Below are positions 13,715-29,300 of a DNA stretch of 64,000 bases, one piece after another. The notes beneath the pieces are model-generated. The model saw nothing but the letters and a program-made list of their open reading frames with translations. It had not been told where the DNA came from and made no database searches. The DNA is taken from NCBI RefSeq assembly GCF_002113885.1, contig NW_018407435.1:1320958-1384957 (forward strand), read 5' to 3'. The position numbers and the translations under genes were made by a program. This DNA comes from Mizuhopecten yessoensis (lineage: Eukaryota). Within the stretch, counting starts at the first letter, position 1, and each line of letters begins with the position of its first letter.

Positions 13715-14377
13715 ATGGAGCCCTTGACAGAGGAAAGTGTGGAACATTTCCTCATGAACCATGAGGACTTTTTGGCAAGGTTTTATGAAAAGCATGGTTC
13801 AAAAGAAATGATTGAAAGAATGACTGGGAGAAAGACATTAAAAGTGGAAAATATCAGTATTGTGAAATCTGAGACCTTTATGGAGGATGTCCCCACCCCT
13901 AAAAGAAGATCTGTGACTGGAACGGCTGCAGGTAAACCCATGGGCGGCTATCAGTCATCTCAGAGGAACTCCGTCACGACCAGCATGTTCAAACAGTATG
14001 TGGAAGGACAAATGAAGCAAATGAAGAAAGCTTCGTTGGTTCAAAACATCCTCAGTTTGCGTAAACTAAATGAGCAGGAGTTATTCATGGAGCTCATTAG
14101 GGATATAGCAACGGAACTTGATGTGAATGTGTTGTGTCATAAAATATTACAGAATGTTAGTATATTGACTAAAAGTGACCGTGGCAGTCTGTTCCTGGTG
14201 CGAGGGAATGACCACAGGAAGTTTCTTGTGTCCAAACTGTTTGATGTCACCAGAACGTCCACTCCAGAAGAGTCCATTCACACAGAAGACAATGAGATAA
14301 AAGTGCCATTTGGGAGGGGGATAGCAGGTCATGTTGCTGAAACGAAAGAAACCGTCAATATTGAGGAGGCCTATGAT
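13715..14377 (+). CDS. PDE coding exon 1 (N-terminus and first half of GAF-A)
   Basis: Acceptor ttttcag at 13677; in-frame TGA at 13682 upstream; Kozak-like gccATGG at 13715; MEPLTEES...NIEEAYD; donor GTAAGA at 14378, phase 0. Confidence 0.93.
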
Positions 14378-17300
14378 GTAAGATGCTTATTTAGTTATAA
14401 ACTTAAAAAATAAGTCTTTTTTTATATATACTATAATTAATTGTTTGAAAGCAAAAAAAAATAAAAAAAAATAGGGTTTACTGGATGTGAAAGTGTAATT
14501 TATTTCACAACTTACACTACAGTCTGGTCCTCTTCTGAGCATGAAATATTGATCAACTCTGGACTACTGTTGAGGTGAAGATAAATATGAACCTGAGAAA
14601 GAGAAATCTACGGAGACAAAATCAAAGTCAATATAACTTTTCATATCCATACAACCACATATTCAGCAGAAAAAAAGTCCATCATTGTTACATAATAGAT
14701 CTTAATGAAATTACGCAGCTTTTATCATTCAACAAGATGGAATGTAAGCAAATGGTTGAGAGAAAGGGAACGGTATAGTTTGAAGTTTTGAGCACTCACC
14801 AAGATATGTACATGTATTACAAATTTGATTGACATGTTTTACATAGAGGTAAGTAATCACATACAATCTTAAAGCGAAACAATGTGTGTAAAAGGAAAAA
14901 CTAAATTTAATGTATTGCATTACAGGGAAGTAGCTTTCAGTCAGATATTTGTGGATTGATTTTAACTAAATTTCCCCTTAGGAAGTGTACTGGATGAATA
15001 TTATTAGATTATTTACAATCCGCCAAAATAACTTTAAAATATCTTTAAAATATCTTTATCATTTCATGCACTGAATCTGAATTGCTATTTCATGTTTTGG
15101 TTGCAGGTACAAGGGTTTATGCTTTTTCATTATTAACATACATACATGTGTGAAAATCGTGTTATTTTGTGGACATGCCATATGTAAATATGTCAATATA
15201 CGCATCTTCATGCAGGACCCAAGATTTAATCAAGACGTTGACAAGAAGACGGGTTACAGAACACACAGTATTCTCTGCATGCCTATACTAAGCTATGACG
15301 ACGAGCTTGTAGGTGTGGCACAAATCATCAACAAAGTTGATGGGCCACATGAGTTTACCAAACAAGACGAAGAGGTAATTTAGCTGCTTCAAAAACAATT
15401 TGGTGTGTTAAATATGTGGATAGCAAGTCAAGAAAAAGCATTCCAATCTAATTTGTAGATTTTTAAACTGAATTCACACTTGTTCACCTGAGAATGTTGG
15501 TTGTATTTCGTCCAAATTCTTGTTTTAAAATGTTATCTTTGGACTATATATTTCTATTTTCATCCTTTTAAAAGGGTACATGTATGTATTGTATCTCAAA
15601 GAATTAGGATTTTAATTTGATTGTATACGTTAGCCACTCCTTGACTTATTTGCACTTGGTGTCCAGCCTTGAGAAAGAGGTCAACAAGTTTTTAGGCTAG
15701 ACCCAAAAAATATATATATATGTTTCCTGTAACACATTGGAAAAAATTAGGGTAAGTAGGTAAGTAACAGGTTTTTAAATTTTTAAAGACAATTTCATGT
15801 GGTTAATAAAGGAGAGTGTTCTTGACTTTAACAGTGCTTCTTTGTAAATTGCCTTAAAAACTTTAGGATATAGGCACAAAAACTCAGGATAAGGTAGGGT
15901 TACCGGAAACACCACATATTGTTTATTTGGCTTTATCGGGTATCATTTTCTTTAGTAAAACGGTTTTTACATTACCAGATGTGACACACTCTGTCAGTTT
16001 TAGAACCAGAATTTTTTTTGGAAATGTTTACAAGTCTGATTTTTTGTGGAAAATTAGTTAATGTAAAGTTACAAATTATTTTGGAAAATTCAAAGGAATG
16101 GAGTCATTTCGCATCCAAAATTATATATTCACTTCAGGGGAAATAAACTGAGCACTGACCATCTACTTGCATGTAGGTATAAGCTTACCTGTAATATAAA
16201 TACATATATATGAGGCCATGACTGTTGGATCATTTGTGTATGGTGAATAAAGTCATAATTGTATCAAGGATTAGAACTGTGCTTATATACAATAATATTG
16301 GTAAAGCTTGGTGGGTCTACAGAAGGGATTAGGGTGTTGGTGCATTTATAAGTACATTAGTTTAACGGTATGTGTATCATTTTTAGTTACTTTCATTGTT
16401 ACTGTTAGCTGATTCTAGCATATTACAAGCCGAATCATCTAATATGTAATAGTCTAAAACATGAAATATCACTTATTTTTAACTTAACTGGGTATGTATT
16501 GAAAAGATTACTATATATATATAGTAACAATTTTAATTTAAATCTGGAATATCTTAAAATATATTATGCAGTTGAATATTATTTCTTGATTTTCAAAAAT
16601 ATCTCACCAAAAGGCAAAACCAGAGTAACTTCTTGTGTAATTATAGACTCCTGATTTGGGGTATTCTTGTCTGGTAAGATGTACCCAGGGATCTTTCAAG
16701 ACCTAGGATTGAAATCTGTCTATTCAAATGGTGTGGATCAGAACCACATATTAATTGGTTTTCCCCTCATACAGTTTATGTAAAGATTGTTACAAATTCT
16801 ATTCTAGCATATAGGACGTCAACACCTGGTGATTTTTTCTATAATGTACAAGGAAATTTGAAACCTTGAAAATAATTAAATGTGACGACTTCATACATAT
16901 ATTGCTTGCTTACGATCATTGTGCTTTAGTTGATGTCATGAATTTTCTCACCATGTCTAGCTTTGAGTATTTATTGACCTTACCCAGTTCCTATTGGGCC
17001 TCTCCGTGCTATACAATGCTGTAAGCCCCCAATACACTGAACAATTTCTTTTCATTTAAACAAAAGTTCAGACAAATATTGCCTGCTTTAGTTGTAAAAC
17101 TACAATACCTTTCCCCCTTCAGCGTTTATTCATATTTTGACTGTTGTACCTAACTACAGTAATAGCCAATGTTTGTTCATGCCATTTGTTAACGGGTACT
17201 TGAACAGCCTATATACATTATGTTTGCGTATACTTTGACCAGCTCAGTGTAATTCTGACCTGGCAGAGTTAAGGTTGTGATGGGATCTAGACTTATTTGT

Positions 17301-20300
17301 GGGAATTAGATTGGAGATTTTACAATTATGGGGACTCATCAATAAACCATTATGTCATCATATTCAAGAGAAATGGAAGGTGAGTTTGATTATGAAGATA
17401 AAAGAATATAGATGAAATAGACTTGATGTTCTGTTGACTTTACTGATTATCCAGATATTTTGTATAAATACAAGATTAATTGCTGATCATAACCAAATGA
17501 TGATTTAGAAGTATGTTTAAGTTTGTCGGTTAATCTAATTTGAAGTTTGACAGATTGCTGAAATTGCATATTTAGTTCATTTGTCATAGTTTTGTGCAAA
17601 GTACAAACTTAATTGTATGCTTTCTGGTAACCCTGCATCTAAGTAAATCTTTATAATGTTATTTAGGATGTATATACCTTACTATGTCATCAGGCAGAAG
17701 TATGTAAATGCTTTTCCAAAGTGCCACTTTACTGGAGGAATGCTACTGTGCAGACGATGTAGCACCCAAACCAGACCATTTTATACTCTACCTGGAGTCT
17801 TCTGGTCAGGAGAAATACACCTTGCTATTATGACTTCAGGATGGAACCCGTAGATTGCTAGTGTTTTCTGCTTTGTCAAATTTATCCAAGATCTGCCAAG
17901 GTTTATTCTGTCTTTGCGTATCGCAGAGTTATCTTCTCTTGTGAGCAGGTATCGATTGTTACGTCATTGGTTTGTGAGAGTAACGTCATCAATTTTTGAG
18001 AAAACGACGTAGTTTTCTCACACAACCCAACGACGTAACAATCAATACCTGCTCACAAGAGAAGATAACTCTGCAATACGCAAAGACGGAATAATTAAAT
18101 ATGTAACTTTTGGGATCTTATACAAGTCATAAAATTGTTATCCTATGATCATGATGATGCTACATGTATGTAAAAAGAAAACAAAATCTCTAAACATGTA
18201 TGTGTTAATGTTGATGTTGCATTCTGAAAGTTTTCGTTTCTCCATTGCAGTACTTCCGGAGGTACTTGATTTTCTGTGGAATTGGCATTACAAATGCCCA
18301 ACTGTTTGAAATGTCTGTACAGGAGTACAAACGAAACCAGGTAATGTTCTTGTCCTCAACAATGCCAACGGGGGTAATATTTATACCTATAGTACTGAGG
18401 CAGATGTATTAATTATACCCCCCGCAACAAAGTTAAGGGGGGTATACTGGAATCAGCTTGTCTGTCCGTCTGTCTGTCTAACCCGTTTTTGATGAAGTTA
18501 TGGCCCTTTGTTGAAAAAATTCTGAAACTTTTTGTCCGGACAACTCCTTCTAAAGTCATGGACCAACTTCAACGAAACTTTCCAGATATGATAACTACGA
18601 CCTGAAGTTGTGCATCCTGGTATTAGTTTTTCATTCTGACCCTTTTTACGGAGTTATTGCCCTTTGTTGAAAAATGCTTCCCCGCACAACTTATCCAAAA
18701 CTTCTGGTTCAATTTCAATGAAAGTTTTCACATGTATATCATAACTACCACCTGATGCTGTGCATCCAGGTATTATCTTTTCAATCTCTCCCTGTTTTTG
18801 GAGTAATGGCAATTTGTTGAAAAATACTTTTCCACACAACTCCTCCAAGACAATGCGGCTAATTTCAGCAAAAGTTTTCAGATATGATAACTACCCCCTG
18901 ATGTTCTGCATCCAGGTATTTTTTTCCAACCCTTTTTTATGGAGTTATGGCTCTTTGTTGAAAAATTCTTGTCCTGACAACTTCTCTTAATCTACTTGAC
19001 CAATTTCAAAGAAAGTTTACAGATATGGTAACTGTCCCCTGACGTTGTGCATCTAAGTATTACTTTTTCATTCCGACCCTTTTAAAAGGAATTATGGCCC
19101 TTTATTGAATAAACCTTTGTCTGCCTCATAAACTACTAGGCCGATTTCAATGAAAGTTTACAGATATGGAAATTACCCCCTGATGTCGTGCATCAGGCTA
19201 GTATTTTGTTCATTTCGACCCTTTTTAAGGTGTTATGGCCCTTTGTTAAAACCTTTGTCCTGACATCTTTTCCTCAACTAATAGGACAATTTCAGCAAAA
19301 CTGGTTCATCTGGGCTAACCAGATTTCGTTTGTAAGTATGTTTTGGCATGGGGAGGGAGTACAGGAAGTATGTCAGTGACCTGTATGCTTAAATAAGTGT
19401 ACAGCTCAGTCAATAAACAAATCATTACTGGTGGAAAACTGGATTGCTTTGCAATGCTTTGCCTTAGTAGGCCTTTAGCATACAGTTCTGGTTTATATAG
19501 GAGCAGGGGTATTTAAGTTAGCCTTTGGCTTACAGTTCTAGTTTTTATTGGCTGTTCCATTAGTGACCGCAATAAAACTCAATTTGCTATCGTATTTAGC
19601 TCATGATGTACTGCTGCAAATCTCTAAACAATTTAGAGTTGTCCCCTAGTTATTAAATCAAAAGAGTGCTACTGGCTTTCACTTCTGATGGGCTGAGACA
19701 TATATACATATATAGCTATGAGCCTACAACTTTTGGTTTCCTAATTAATACAATTTTGTTCAAACTTGGTGGTATATATCGTAGTCGGTGGATAGCTGAT
19801 ATGGTGACAATCTACCTTATCCAGATCCCATAATCCAAGGTGGCTGTTGTGACTTCTGATTTGCTGAGACCTAGGCTATAACTTTTGTTCTATGGCTACA
19901 ATTTTGTTCATACTTGTTGATAATGGTACACTTAGCAAATAACCTGCTAGTACTATTACCCTTTACCACAATTCCATAATAGAAAATTATCCCTGTGGCT
20001 TTTGGTTGGTGATCAATAAGGGGAAATATAGTATACTGTCAGACACACAGCAGGAGACTCACCCTTATTTCCCTAGTCGGGTGCTATATTTTATGCATAA
20101 AATGTCATACTGCAGTTATTCTTTTATATATATTCATGTAAAAAAAATCTGTATTTCTATAGCCCTTTCATTTTAATCTTCTATATATCTTCTTATACAA
20201 TAATTTCAAAAACATCTTGCCTTAGACTTCCAATGAAATCCAAAATGCCAATCAACATCCATTCTGCTACTTAGAGTATTCATTTCATTATAAATGGGTG

Positions 20301-23300
20301 AGTTTTTCCTATCACAGGATCTGAACCTGATGCTTTATGTTTTAAGTTGCTGCTCAATTTGGCAAGAGGCGTGTTTGAGGAGCAAACAAGCCTGGAGAAA
20401 CTCCTTCAGAAGATTATCCTACAGTCCCAGGACCTGCTCAAGTGTGAGCGGTGTCTGGTCTATTTGCTGGATGATGTCCTGGATCAGGTAGGAATCAAAT
20501 CAAACCAATCCCTTAATTGGTTACTGTTGGGTTCATTTTAAAAACAAAACACGCTTATAAATACAGCATGAGTGCAGCTATTGGATATTTGGGCATTGTA
20601 TTTATGGTTTGGCATGCCTGTTGATAGATTGTATGCATGCTTTTTGTTGCCTGGAAAAGAAACTCTTGCAGCATACATGTTGTGTAGTTCAGTATCTGTA
20701 CTCACTTTTCAAAATATGGTGCTCAGATTTTGAAGTTTGCTTCCGTAGACTTAACGTTGTAACAAGATTTAGGCAGCATATATTATGCTATTTCATTCAT
20801 CTTTGTACTTAGTACTAGTACCATCTATTATAATGTATCATTTAAGGAAAATTGTTTTTTGATTCAAACACGTTTTTTTGTCTCAGATATATTTTGGAAT
20901 ATAGGCACACAATTTTTCCAACTTTTGTCAAACCCTATTATTGAATAGCCTGTAGGCTATTATTTTTTACTGTAGTTAGTGTTAGTGTAGGCATTCAACA
21001 GGCTCAATATCATATATCATAATATTTAAATGATTATACTGTACCCAAATGTTTCTGCAAACAAAAGATGAACTGTTCAAACAAACTATTTACATTTGGA
21101 ATTATTCTAAAAAATATAATTGACAACCAGAATTATTCGAATAAAAGATAGATAAATACTAGCACCGCTGGCTAACACATAAGTTTTTTTCTATCAATGA
21201 TATTATTATGGATACAATTCACAATATTATGTAAATACTTTTAGAAAGTGATTTTATAAGGTAAAGGGTACCAACAGGTTATAAGTGTTCAAAAATGCTA
21301 TTTTGAAGCTGTTTTTTTCGGCTTGGAAAAAATACAAAAGATATAGCAAAGTGGGGAAGCTCTTCTCGCTTAGAGTTATCTTCTCTTTATAAGGCATTAT
21401 AAGTTTCATAGCGCTATTTACAAACATCTCCTGTATAGCAGTTGTGATAAAAACTAAGATCAGAAGTGGATAGGTGCTGTGTTTGACCTCTGGAATTTCT
21501 GCTTTTGGTTATTTGGTTTTATTTCCAAATATTGAAACATTTTCAGCAACTGCAATTCCATATGATGCATCAAAACTCAAAATATGTGTTTTATATGGAA
21601 TGCTTGACTAAATCTCATGTTCAATACAGTGATTTTTAGTGAAGGGATTTATATTTTCAGTTTATGGTACATCGGTACGCTTTACCTTAACTCTTTGTGT
21701 ACTAGATACTCAATATCTAAGGAATTATTAAAACACATCGAAAACACGATTCAATATGTCATATACATGTCTGGCACTATAGGGAGTAAACAGCCTGATT
21801 TGTTGATACATGTTGTCAGTGGTACTGAGAGTGTTAACTTTACTTTCCTGGAAAAAAATTAAAGATATTTAATCATAATGTATAGAACCGTATACATATC
21901 ATATTAGACTGTATAGTCATTTCCTATTTCAGTGTAGACATCCCAGAGTGATTAATGTACATCAGTATGGTGCACATAGACCTATATAACGTGTATTTAG
22001 TTCGATTTAATTTTTTTGTTTTCTTTTCTTTCCAAAATTACAATATTTAGAACGTTCTCACAGGCTTGTTTGCCAAGGTTATGGAGGAATACATTAATCA
22101 CAAACAACTGCGATGGGCTTTCAATAAGGTAAACAGAGGTAACTCACATCCCTTAACCAATGTAGTGAACTGCAATTTTAGGTTCTAAATTTACGCAAAA
22201 CTGTTTTTCCTGACTTTCCACCATCACTTTCACTAAACTAAAATTGTAGGCTAGTAAGATATGCATTGCCATATTATATTAATGCATTTTTTTCTTTTTA
22301 TAAAATAATTCATTTGTGTGAGCAAGGGGTAAATTTTTCAAATAAAAATTACTCCTGTATGATCATGTGATGAAAATATCTATACATTCAATTAACCTCT
22401 CAAAAATATTGTTCTGTGCAAACATTTAAAGTGGCAAAACGAACACAGAACTTTTGTTTGGACTTGTACTCAAATTAACCAATGTGTGCCAATAAAAATG
22501 TTGGTGGGTTTTCCTGTATTCATATGCCACTTCACAATAACTTTCAAAATTTGGGTACAAAATAGGAAAACAAAGCAAAAAAACTTTATAACAATGGAAT
22601 TGTTTGGAATTTATTTTCTGGTTTGTTACCTGAATAGTATATATACCCTAAAAATCTTGAAATTAAGCCTGACTTGAAAATATGACCGAAATGAAAATCA
22701 TTGATTTACCTTGCAAAAAAACCACCCTGAAAATAAGCTGCCTAGAAATTTGGCTATCTTCTGTTTTTGAACTGAATCTCACTTTATAAAAAGCCTTTAA
22801 GTTCCATCAAGGAAAGAAATGCATTTTTCAGAAAATTTTGCAAAGAATTTATAGCTATAAGCAGCTCCTGGTAAACAAGTATACACAACACAAGTTTGTC
22901 TTTACCTAACCTTTTAATGTCCCTGTCTCCTGTCTGAATAAACAGTGATGGGTACTATAAACCAACAATTTGTACATATGTATTGATTTTGGGTCCCTAG
23001 TGCAACAGCTGAAGTCGTATGAAAACGGTGTCAGTTGATGATGAGGCCACTCAAGGGTCCGCTTAAACTGCTATCTCATGGAAATATCATAACTTTGCAG
23101 AGTAACATATACCAAACCACTCTGTCTTATTGTTTTGACATTTGGAATATTGAAAAAAAATAGGTAATGTAAAGAAGGGAATAAAGGTTACAAGTGTTTC
23201 AAAAGAGCAGCAGCAAATCAATTTTGGTTCTTCAATGTCGCCAATAAAAGGGTAGAGAAGTTGACCTGCTGACCCCAAGTTTTGAGGGGTTCCATATCGA

Positions 23301-26300
23301 ATGCATACATATACGATTCTTTATAACATCCTAGAAACAGCTCTGATTGGCGGTTTTAGTTCATCCACACAGGGAAAACAATAGGGTTTTTGTGAGTTGT
23401 GAACTTACAGTCTCGGCAGTAAACAATGAACCAGTCTACGAAATGATTTCAGGGGAAAAAGAAGCATGACGGCATATCATGATAACAGTGCCATCCATAA
23501 GTATGGTATTGTTACATGTATATACATGTCTGGCGAGAATGAAACTGTTCCATGTCTGGAAAATGCACCGCTGAAAACCTTCCACCTTTAAACTTGCTGT
23601 CTAAAATACGTAAAATTAAAACCACCTTGAAATTACCAGGTAGCTGTCTTGAAAACATAGTGGAAACAAAGTTGCAGCTTAATTTCAAGCTTCTTGAGTG
23701 ACTTTAAAATGGTTGCTAACAATCCTAAATTGAGTGATAACACTTAAATACTGTTGAGTGTTAATATAATACATTGAGTGATCTCTCTGATAAAGTTCTA
23801 GTGATTAAAACTGGTTGATATCATTCGACTCCATTTATTGAGCTGTGTTTTTGGGTATTTTAGAATTGGAAGAAGTTTCATTGTTTGGGGGGGGGGCTAC
23901 CGAGGTAGTCACTTTATAATATGACATGATTTGTTGTCGTGATCAATTAAAACAAATTGTCTCAAATCTGAGCTTATTCAACGTATCATCAGGATAAATC
24001 TGGTGACAAGGTACTGGGTTGAGTGAAAAATGCTATATCATTTTAAAAAACAAAACAGTTCCTGTGCATGATATAAATATACATGTTGTATATGGCAGTT
24101 GTACTTATTAGTGATATAAAGTGTAGTAAAATTACTGAAATTCACAATTTCAATTTTATATTTCTACTGAATTCTTCTGCTATAAGCATCTGCACAGCAT
24201 TTTGATGTTTGAAATACTATCAGTGCTCAGTTATAAATCTGCATGTTATCTAACCAACATCAGTTGTATCTGCTGCTAATTTAGATTTCTCTATCTTTTA
24301 TATTGAGAGATTGCATGTCAGAAGCAGGTTTAATTATTAAGTCCCATCACGGCAAGGTTGTGGAGGGGATGTAGCTTTCCATTAAGACATACTTGCACTA
24401 TTACACCAGTTGACATTTAATTCTGGCGAATCTCTTCATTTCTTAACTGGTATTGATGAAACTTCATACAATGCGAAAACATCAAACACGTTCTACAATC
24501 AAAGCCGAAGTCACTGTTACTATTTATAGAAAATCTTTCCAATCACGACAAGGTCTCGGTTAAATATATATGGGCGAAGGTAACTTACTACTAGTAATTA
24601 TTATAGACTTCATCTTGTGTTCTGTGTACAAAGATGTGATATTAAAGATACTTCTCTTTTCCCTGTAAATTTTGAGGAAATAATGTCTCTAAAGAACCAA
24701 TAATATTCTCAAAGGAAATTTTCCTGAATTATTGAATTATTGTTGTGTAATTATATAGGATATCTCAAGTATAGAAATTGTGTTTAAGCTGTAATAAGCC
24801 CAGGGAGACGACATATAATGTCTAACTTTCAGATTTTTTTTTTTTATTGTTTATATGACTGATTTAAATCTTAGTCATGGGCGGATTGGTCGAGTGGTTA
24901 ACACTCCAGCCTCCCAAGCAGGTGGCCGGGGTTCGATCCCTGAAGTCGCCGTACGCATGGAATATTCATAGAAAGTGTTTTTCTCCTGCCCACACAACTC
25001 CAACAACCCAGGTGGAGTATAAAATGTTCTTGGGCGGGTGTTGCGGTATCTGTGCTGTAGCATTCAAGTGAGGGGGCACTATAAATGATACCGTTGAAAG
25101 CACGGTCCCACTACAAACAGAACACAATACATCTCCAGCACACACACACAGGCATACACACATAGGGAGATATTAGCCAGGTGGCATAGGACTAGTAGTT
25201 TAGCGCCTGATAAGGAAGCTCCTGTGAATTCCTCAATATTGTATTGATTAATGTATATGCTAATTGTTATGACTGTATAAAAATTAATAATGAACTGTAA
25301 AGTGCTTTAGAGTGGCTTATCTTAGCTAGATAGGGCGCTATATCAAATGTTGTATATTTATTTAGTTTTTGGGGGACTAAATTTTTACAGGACAAGGAAA
25401 TTGGGTTTTTTTGTTATTGAAATGTTATAGATAAGGTTCGTCTTTTCACCAGATATAGGTTTATTGTAGGATGAATATAGTTTAAAATAAATAGATAAAA
25501 AAAAATCAATTTATTTATATAAATTACATTTGCATAGCATTGCCACTTTCATAGCCCAATAGTAGCATTGGATAACATTAAACTTACCCTAAAATGTAGG
25601 TGATTGTCCAAAGCACGGTCAATAAAATGATAATTTCTTAAACTGTTTACAGACGGCAATCATTGGGAACTCATTACAGGAAAATTCAATATAGAAGTGA
25701 TGCTTCATAAAGTTTTCTTATGTGATTATAAAAATCTGAATTGTTTAATAAACTTGATAATCGTAGGAATTCTCTGAAATGCATGCCTTGTTATTCATGA
25801 TAAAGGAAGACCATAATTATATATATTTCACATTAACAAAAATCTGTAATTTTGTTTCCTATGTCACCGGAGACAAATTAACACCTCTTGACTCTCTACT
25901 CCCGTCAGTCAATTTGCTGGAACCATTTCTAAATTGATCTGACTTGAAATGCTTTTAATTTCCAAAGTCACTGTTAAGGTTCTTTATTTCCCCTTAATTA
26001 GTGTTTGAGATTAACAACAGCACTACTAACTCCAGAACTTCCCATAATTAGCTTGCTGACCTATTTTGTGAAAGGTTGATCTAATATGAGTGGTTAATCT
26101 TTCCTTTTCCCTAGCTTCTAATACTAACCAGTGCTTTTTGAAAAACGATATTAACAAAAAGTTTTGTTTTTTTGAATGACTTGTTTATAGTGATACACTA
26201 ACAATCTACTAATAATTAACTGGAAAGCCCTGAAATATTAAAATTATGTATTTTGTTCTGGTTCTATGAAAAAGTTGTTGAGAATTTGAACTAATGTTTC

Positions 26301-29300
26301 CAATTTACTATATTAAAATTTGACATATTTTTATCCATAATTCAGACAACATATTACTAATTCAAGTCTATATCTACTTGGCTTTTGATTATGAGCATGG
26401 CTTTATTTCAGCTAGGTACTAGATCATGTATAAACCTAAGTTTTCTGATTTGGTATCTTTAAGTTATTGCTTGCTAGTAAAATATTGCATTAATGATTTG
26501 CATAATAATATTGATTTCATTTGGTATCGAAAATCTAGTAGCAAACACATTGTTTCTTTGTTATGATCAAAGAGTTGTAATGATTTAGATACAATTTGTA
26601 AAATAAATATCCATTAATTATCGCTACAACCATCTATAATAATGATAAAAACTCGAGTGTTTTGTTGTAAAGCATGTCAGTCATCTTAATGTTTGTGATT
26701 TGAGTATTTTCTGCTTCCTCAACACAATGGTATCATGGACCATTATTACAAACGTTTTTATCTACACAACTTGAACCGAGTCGCTTTATAATGTTGGATC
26801 TGACATCCTTGTCGATGAACTGAGCCGCTTTATAATGTTGGACCTGACATCCTTGTCGATAAAGGAGATGCAGCAGGGCATGTTGTGTTCTGTTGTTCTT
26901 GTTGTCATCAATGTTGTACATTTTTCTCATAGGATGCAGATAAGCCACACGAAGATTATAAAAAGCCGACCAGTACGAAGGTAATTCTATAAATCAAACG
27001 TATCTGTAGCCCATATGGCATGTAGTTTTCATATGTATGCCGTTTCTTCTGTCTTTTACTAACAATTGGAAAGGTTCGGTATACAGCAGAACTTGTGGTA
27101 ATTCAGAGACTACATTCTCAACATACTGGTAACATATATAAGGTAGGTGGTGGCTGATGGCTTAGTGGAATAGTAAAAGCATGTGACTTAATTAATTTAA
27201 AGGTTCGATGTGCTAGCAGTTTTACAGTATAAGACTATTTAACATTAGCTGATTCTTTGGGGAAAATAGTTAGAAAGTAGGAAAATTCAGAGAAATATGT
27301 CATCATTCACTGATTAGCTTTTAGGCAACCTGTGTTAACGTTTCAATAATGAAATCTTTAGAGAGAGCAGATGTTGGAATGCTGGAATAGTTTGCTCTGT
27401 AAATAACATTGATAATGCACCAATGTAATATGGTTCATATCAACCAACATTTTCATGCCTCAGTCTTGACAGCATTTTTTTTCCATTTTAAATAAGAAAT
27501 TTTATTAAACACTTAATTGGAATTGTGCGTTTGGCCAAAATTTCAAAATTCAAAAGATCATTATTTTAGTTGTCTAGATTGAAATTAGCTGATGCATGCA
27601 TGTATTTTTTTGTTGACTGGAACGTGACGTGTTGGAATGAGATCCTCTACTTTTATCTACTTATATAATTAGAGTTAAATGAAAATCAATTATTTAAATC
27701 TGCTGATCAATTATATGTGTATAATTAAATCTAAAACACAGAAAAATATAGCCACACCCTTCCGGTGAGCATGTGAAGTATTGTAGGTGGGACTGATATA
27801 TTTCTATAAAACTATCGATTTGGAGGTTCGTGGTGAATTAGGTACTGTAGTTTGAGTAAACACTTAAATGTAATGCACGGAGAAAAGAAGGTTGTCATTA
27901 CTGCAACACAATGCATGACATTTAAATTTGTTTCAAAAGCATGTGAATTAGATGTGATATGCTGGAGGAAAAGCATGTGAATTGGATGTGATATGCGGGA
28001 GGAATAGATATTTGTTTTCTTCCTGCTTCAGTTGGAAGTATTTCAAGGGCTAATATTCTAACCCAGTAATTTTTTAACTAGTTATCCAACCCTTTATAGA
28101 TTTGTAGTCATTTCTAGTTCATTTCATTAAAAATTGTATCTTATATTACACCAACTGCTGATTCATGATCATCAGCAACAATCTGATGTTTCATTTGTGT
28201 AATGAAAACTTTGGTAAAAACTGTCTGGTTGCTTGAGGTGTTGTTTAACAAGACTAGATTGATTGCATTGGCCAAAGAATGTAGGTACAGAAAGTGTGCT
28301 GTTGTAATCGTACGGTGAGTGAACATTTCATACAGAGAATTACTGTATCTATAATCTAAATGTATATTTTGCACTGTACATATCTTGCATGCAAATATGA
28401 AGGAAATCTGCATGAAGAAGTTTAATTTTTTGTGTCAAGAACTTGTTACTTCTTTTTTAAAGTTCAAATTCATGCATAACAAACAATAGTACATTTAAAC
28501 AGCAAATTAAGCCAGTTACTTCCTTTAAAAAAATTTAAATTCATGCATAACAAACAATAGTACATTTAAACAGCAAGTCTGTGGTGCTAATATAATAGCA
28601 TTGTGTCTATTAGTATAGGAATTTGTTGTTGCAATTTGCATTCATGATCAACTATACTTGGGTTGTTGCATGTTTGATTGGAAAGCTATATATTACTATT
28701 TTCTTTTAGTTTAAGAATTTATTGAAATATATAGTCTCATTAATGTTGAAATCCCAGTTTGTATTTATCAAAAATATTGAATCAAAAATTCCATGGCACA
28801 GTGCATTACTAGTATAACACAGATTAAATAAAATTCACCCGAAAAATTGTCTTTTTTTAAGAATTGATATTTTTCATCCTGGTTTCGAGAGCCCTCTTTG
28901 TAAACATGATTTTCTTGTCAATGTGTTATCATTTAACTTGCATAAAGCGAGGTCAAAATTGTGAACTGTTCAAACATATGTTGCATTTAAAAATTCACAG
29001 GTTGTGTTTAGATCACTAAGATAGAAAAATATAACTGCTACAGTATACAAGTCAATAGCAATAATGCTGATTAGAGTTGGATATTCGGTTCAGAAAAGTG
29101 TGACTAATGAAAGGTTTCTGTTTGCAGGAAGTCGTTTTCTGCAAGGCATTTGATTTGTGTGCCAAAGATGGTGGAACAATCCATGTACCAAGGTGACTTC
29201 TAAGTTCTTTAAGAAACTCTTTACCTCTATGGTTCATTTAGAACGTCCTATACAGATAATCATTTTGTCTGTCCCTACTTGAAAGCAGGGTTCTAATAAA

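Noticed and set aside
20294-20346. Stronger-looking CAG acceptor at 20317 for exon 4
   Set aside because: It lies 29 nt upstream and is out of frame; the AAG at 20346 restores the conserved RNQ-LLL junction.
24875-25163. Possible tRNA genes and overlapping small ORFs (also 605-808, 6144-6347, 59603-59833)
   Set aside because: A/B boxes are followed by SINE bodies and tails without a complete cloverleaf; the ORFs are incidental.
26778-26860. 44-bp duplication upstream of exon 6, the same period as the acceptor array
   Set aside because: Unrelated sequence with only two copies; similar local duplications occur at about 27937 and 28446, so the matching period is treated as coincidence.
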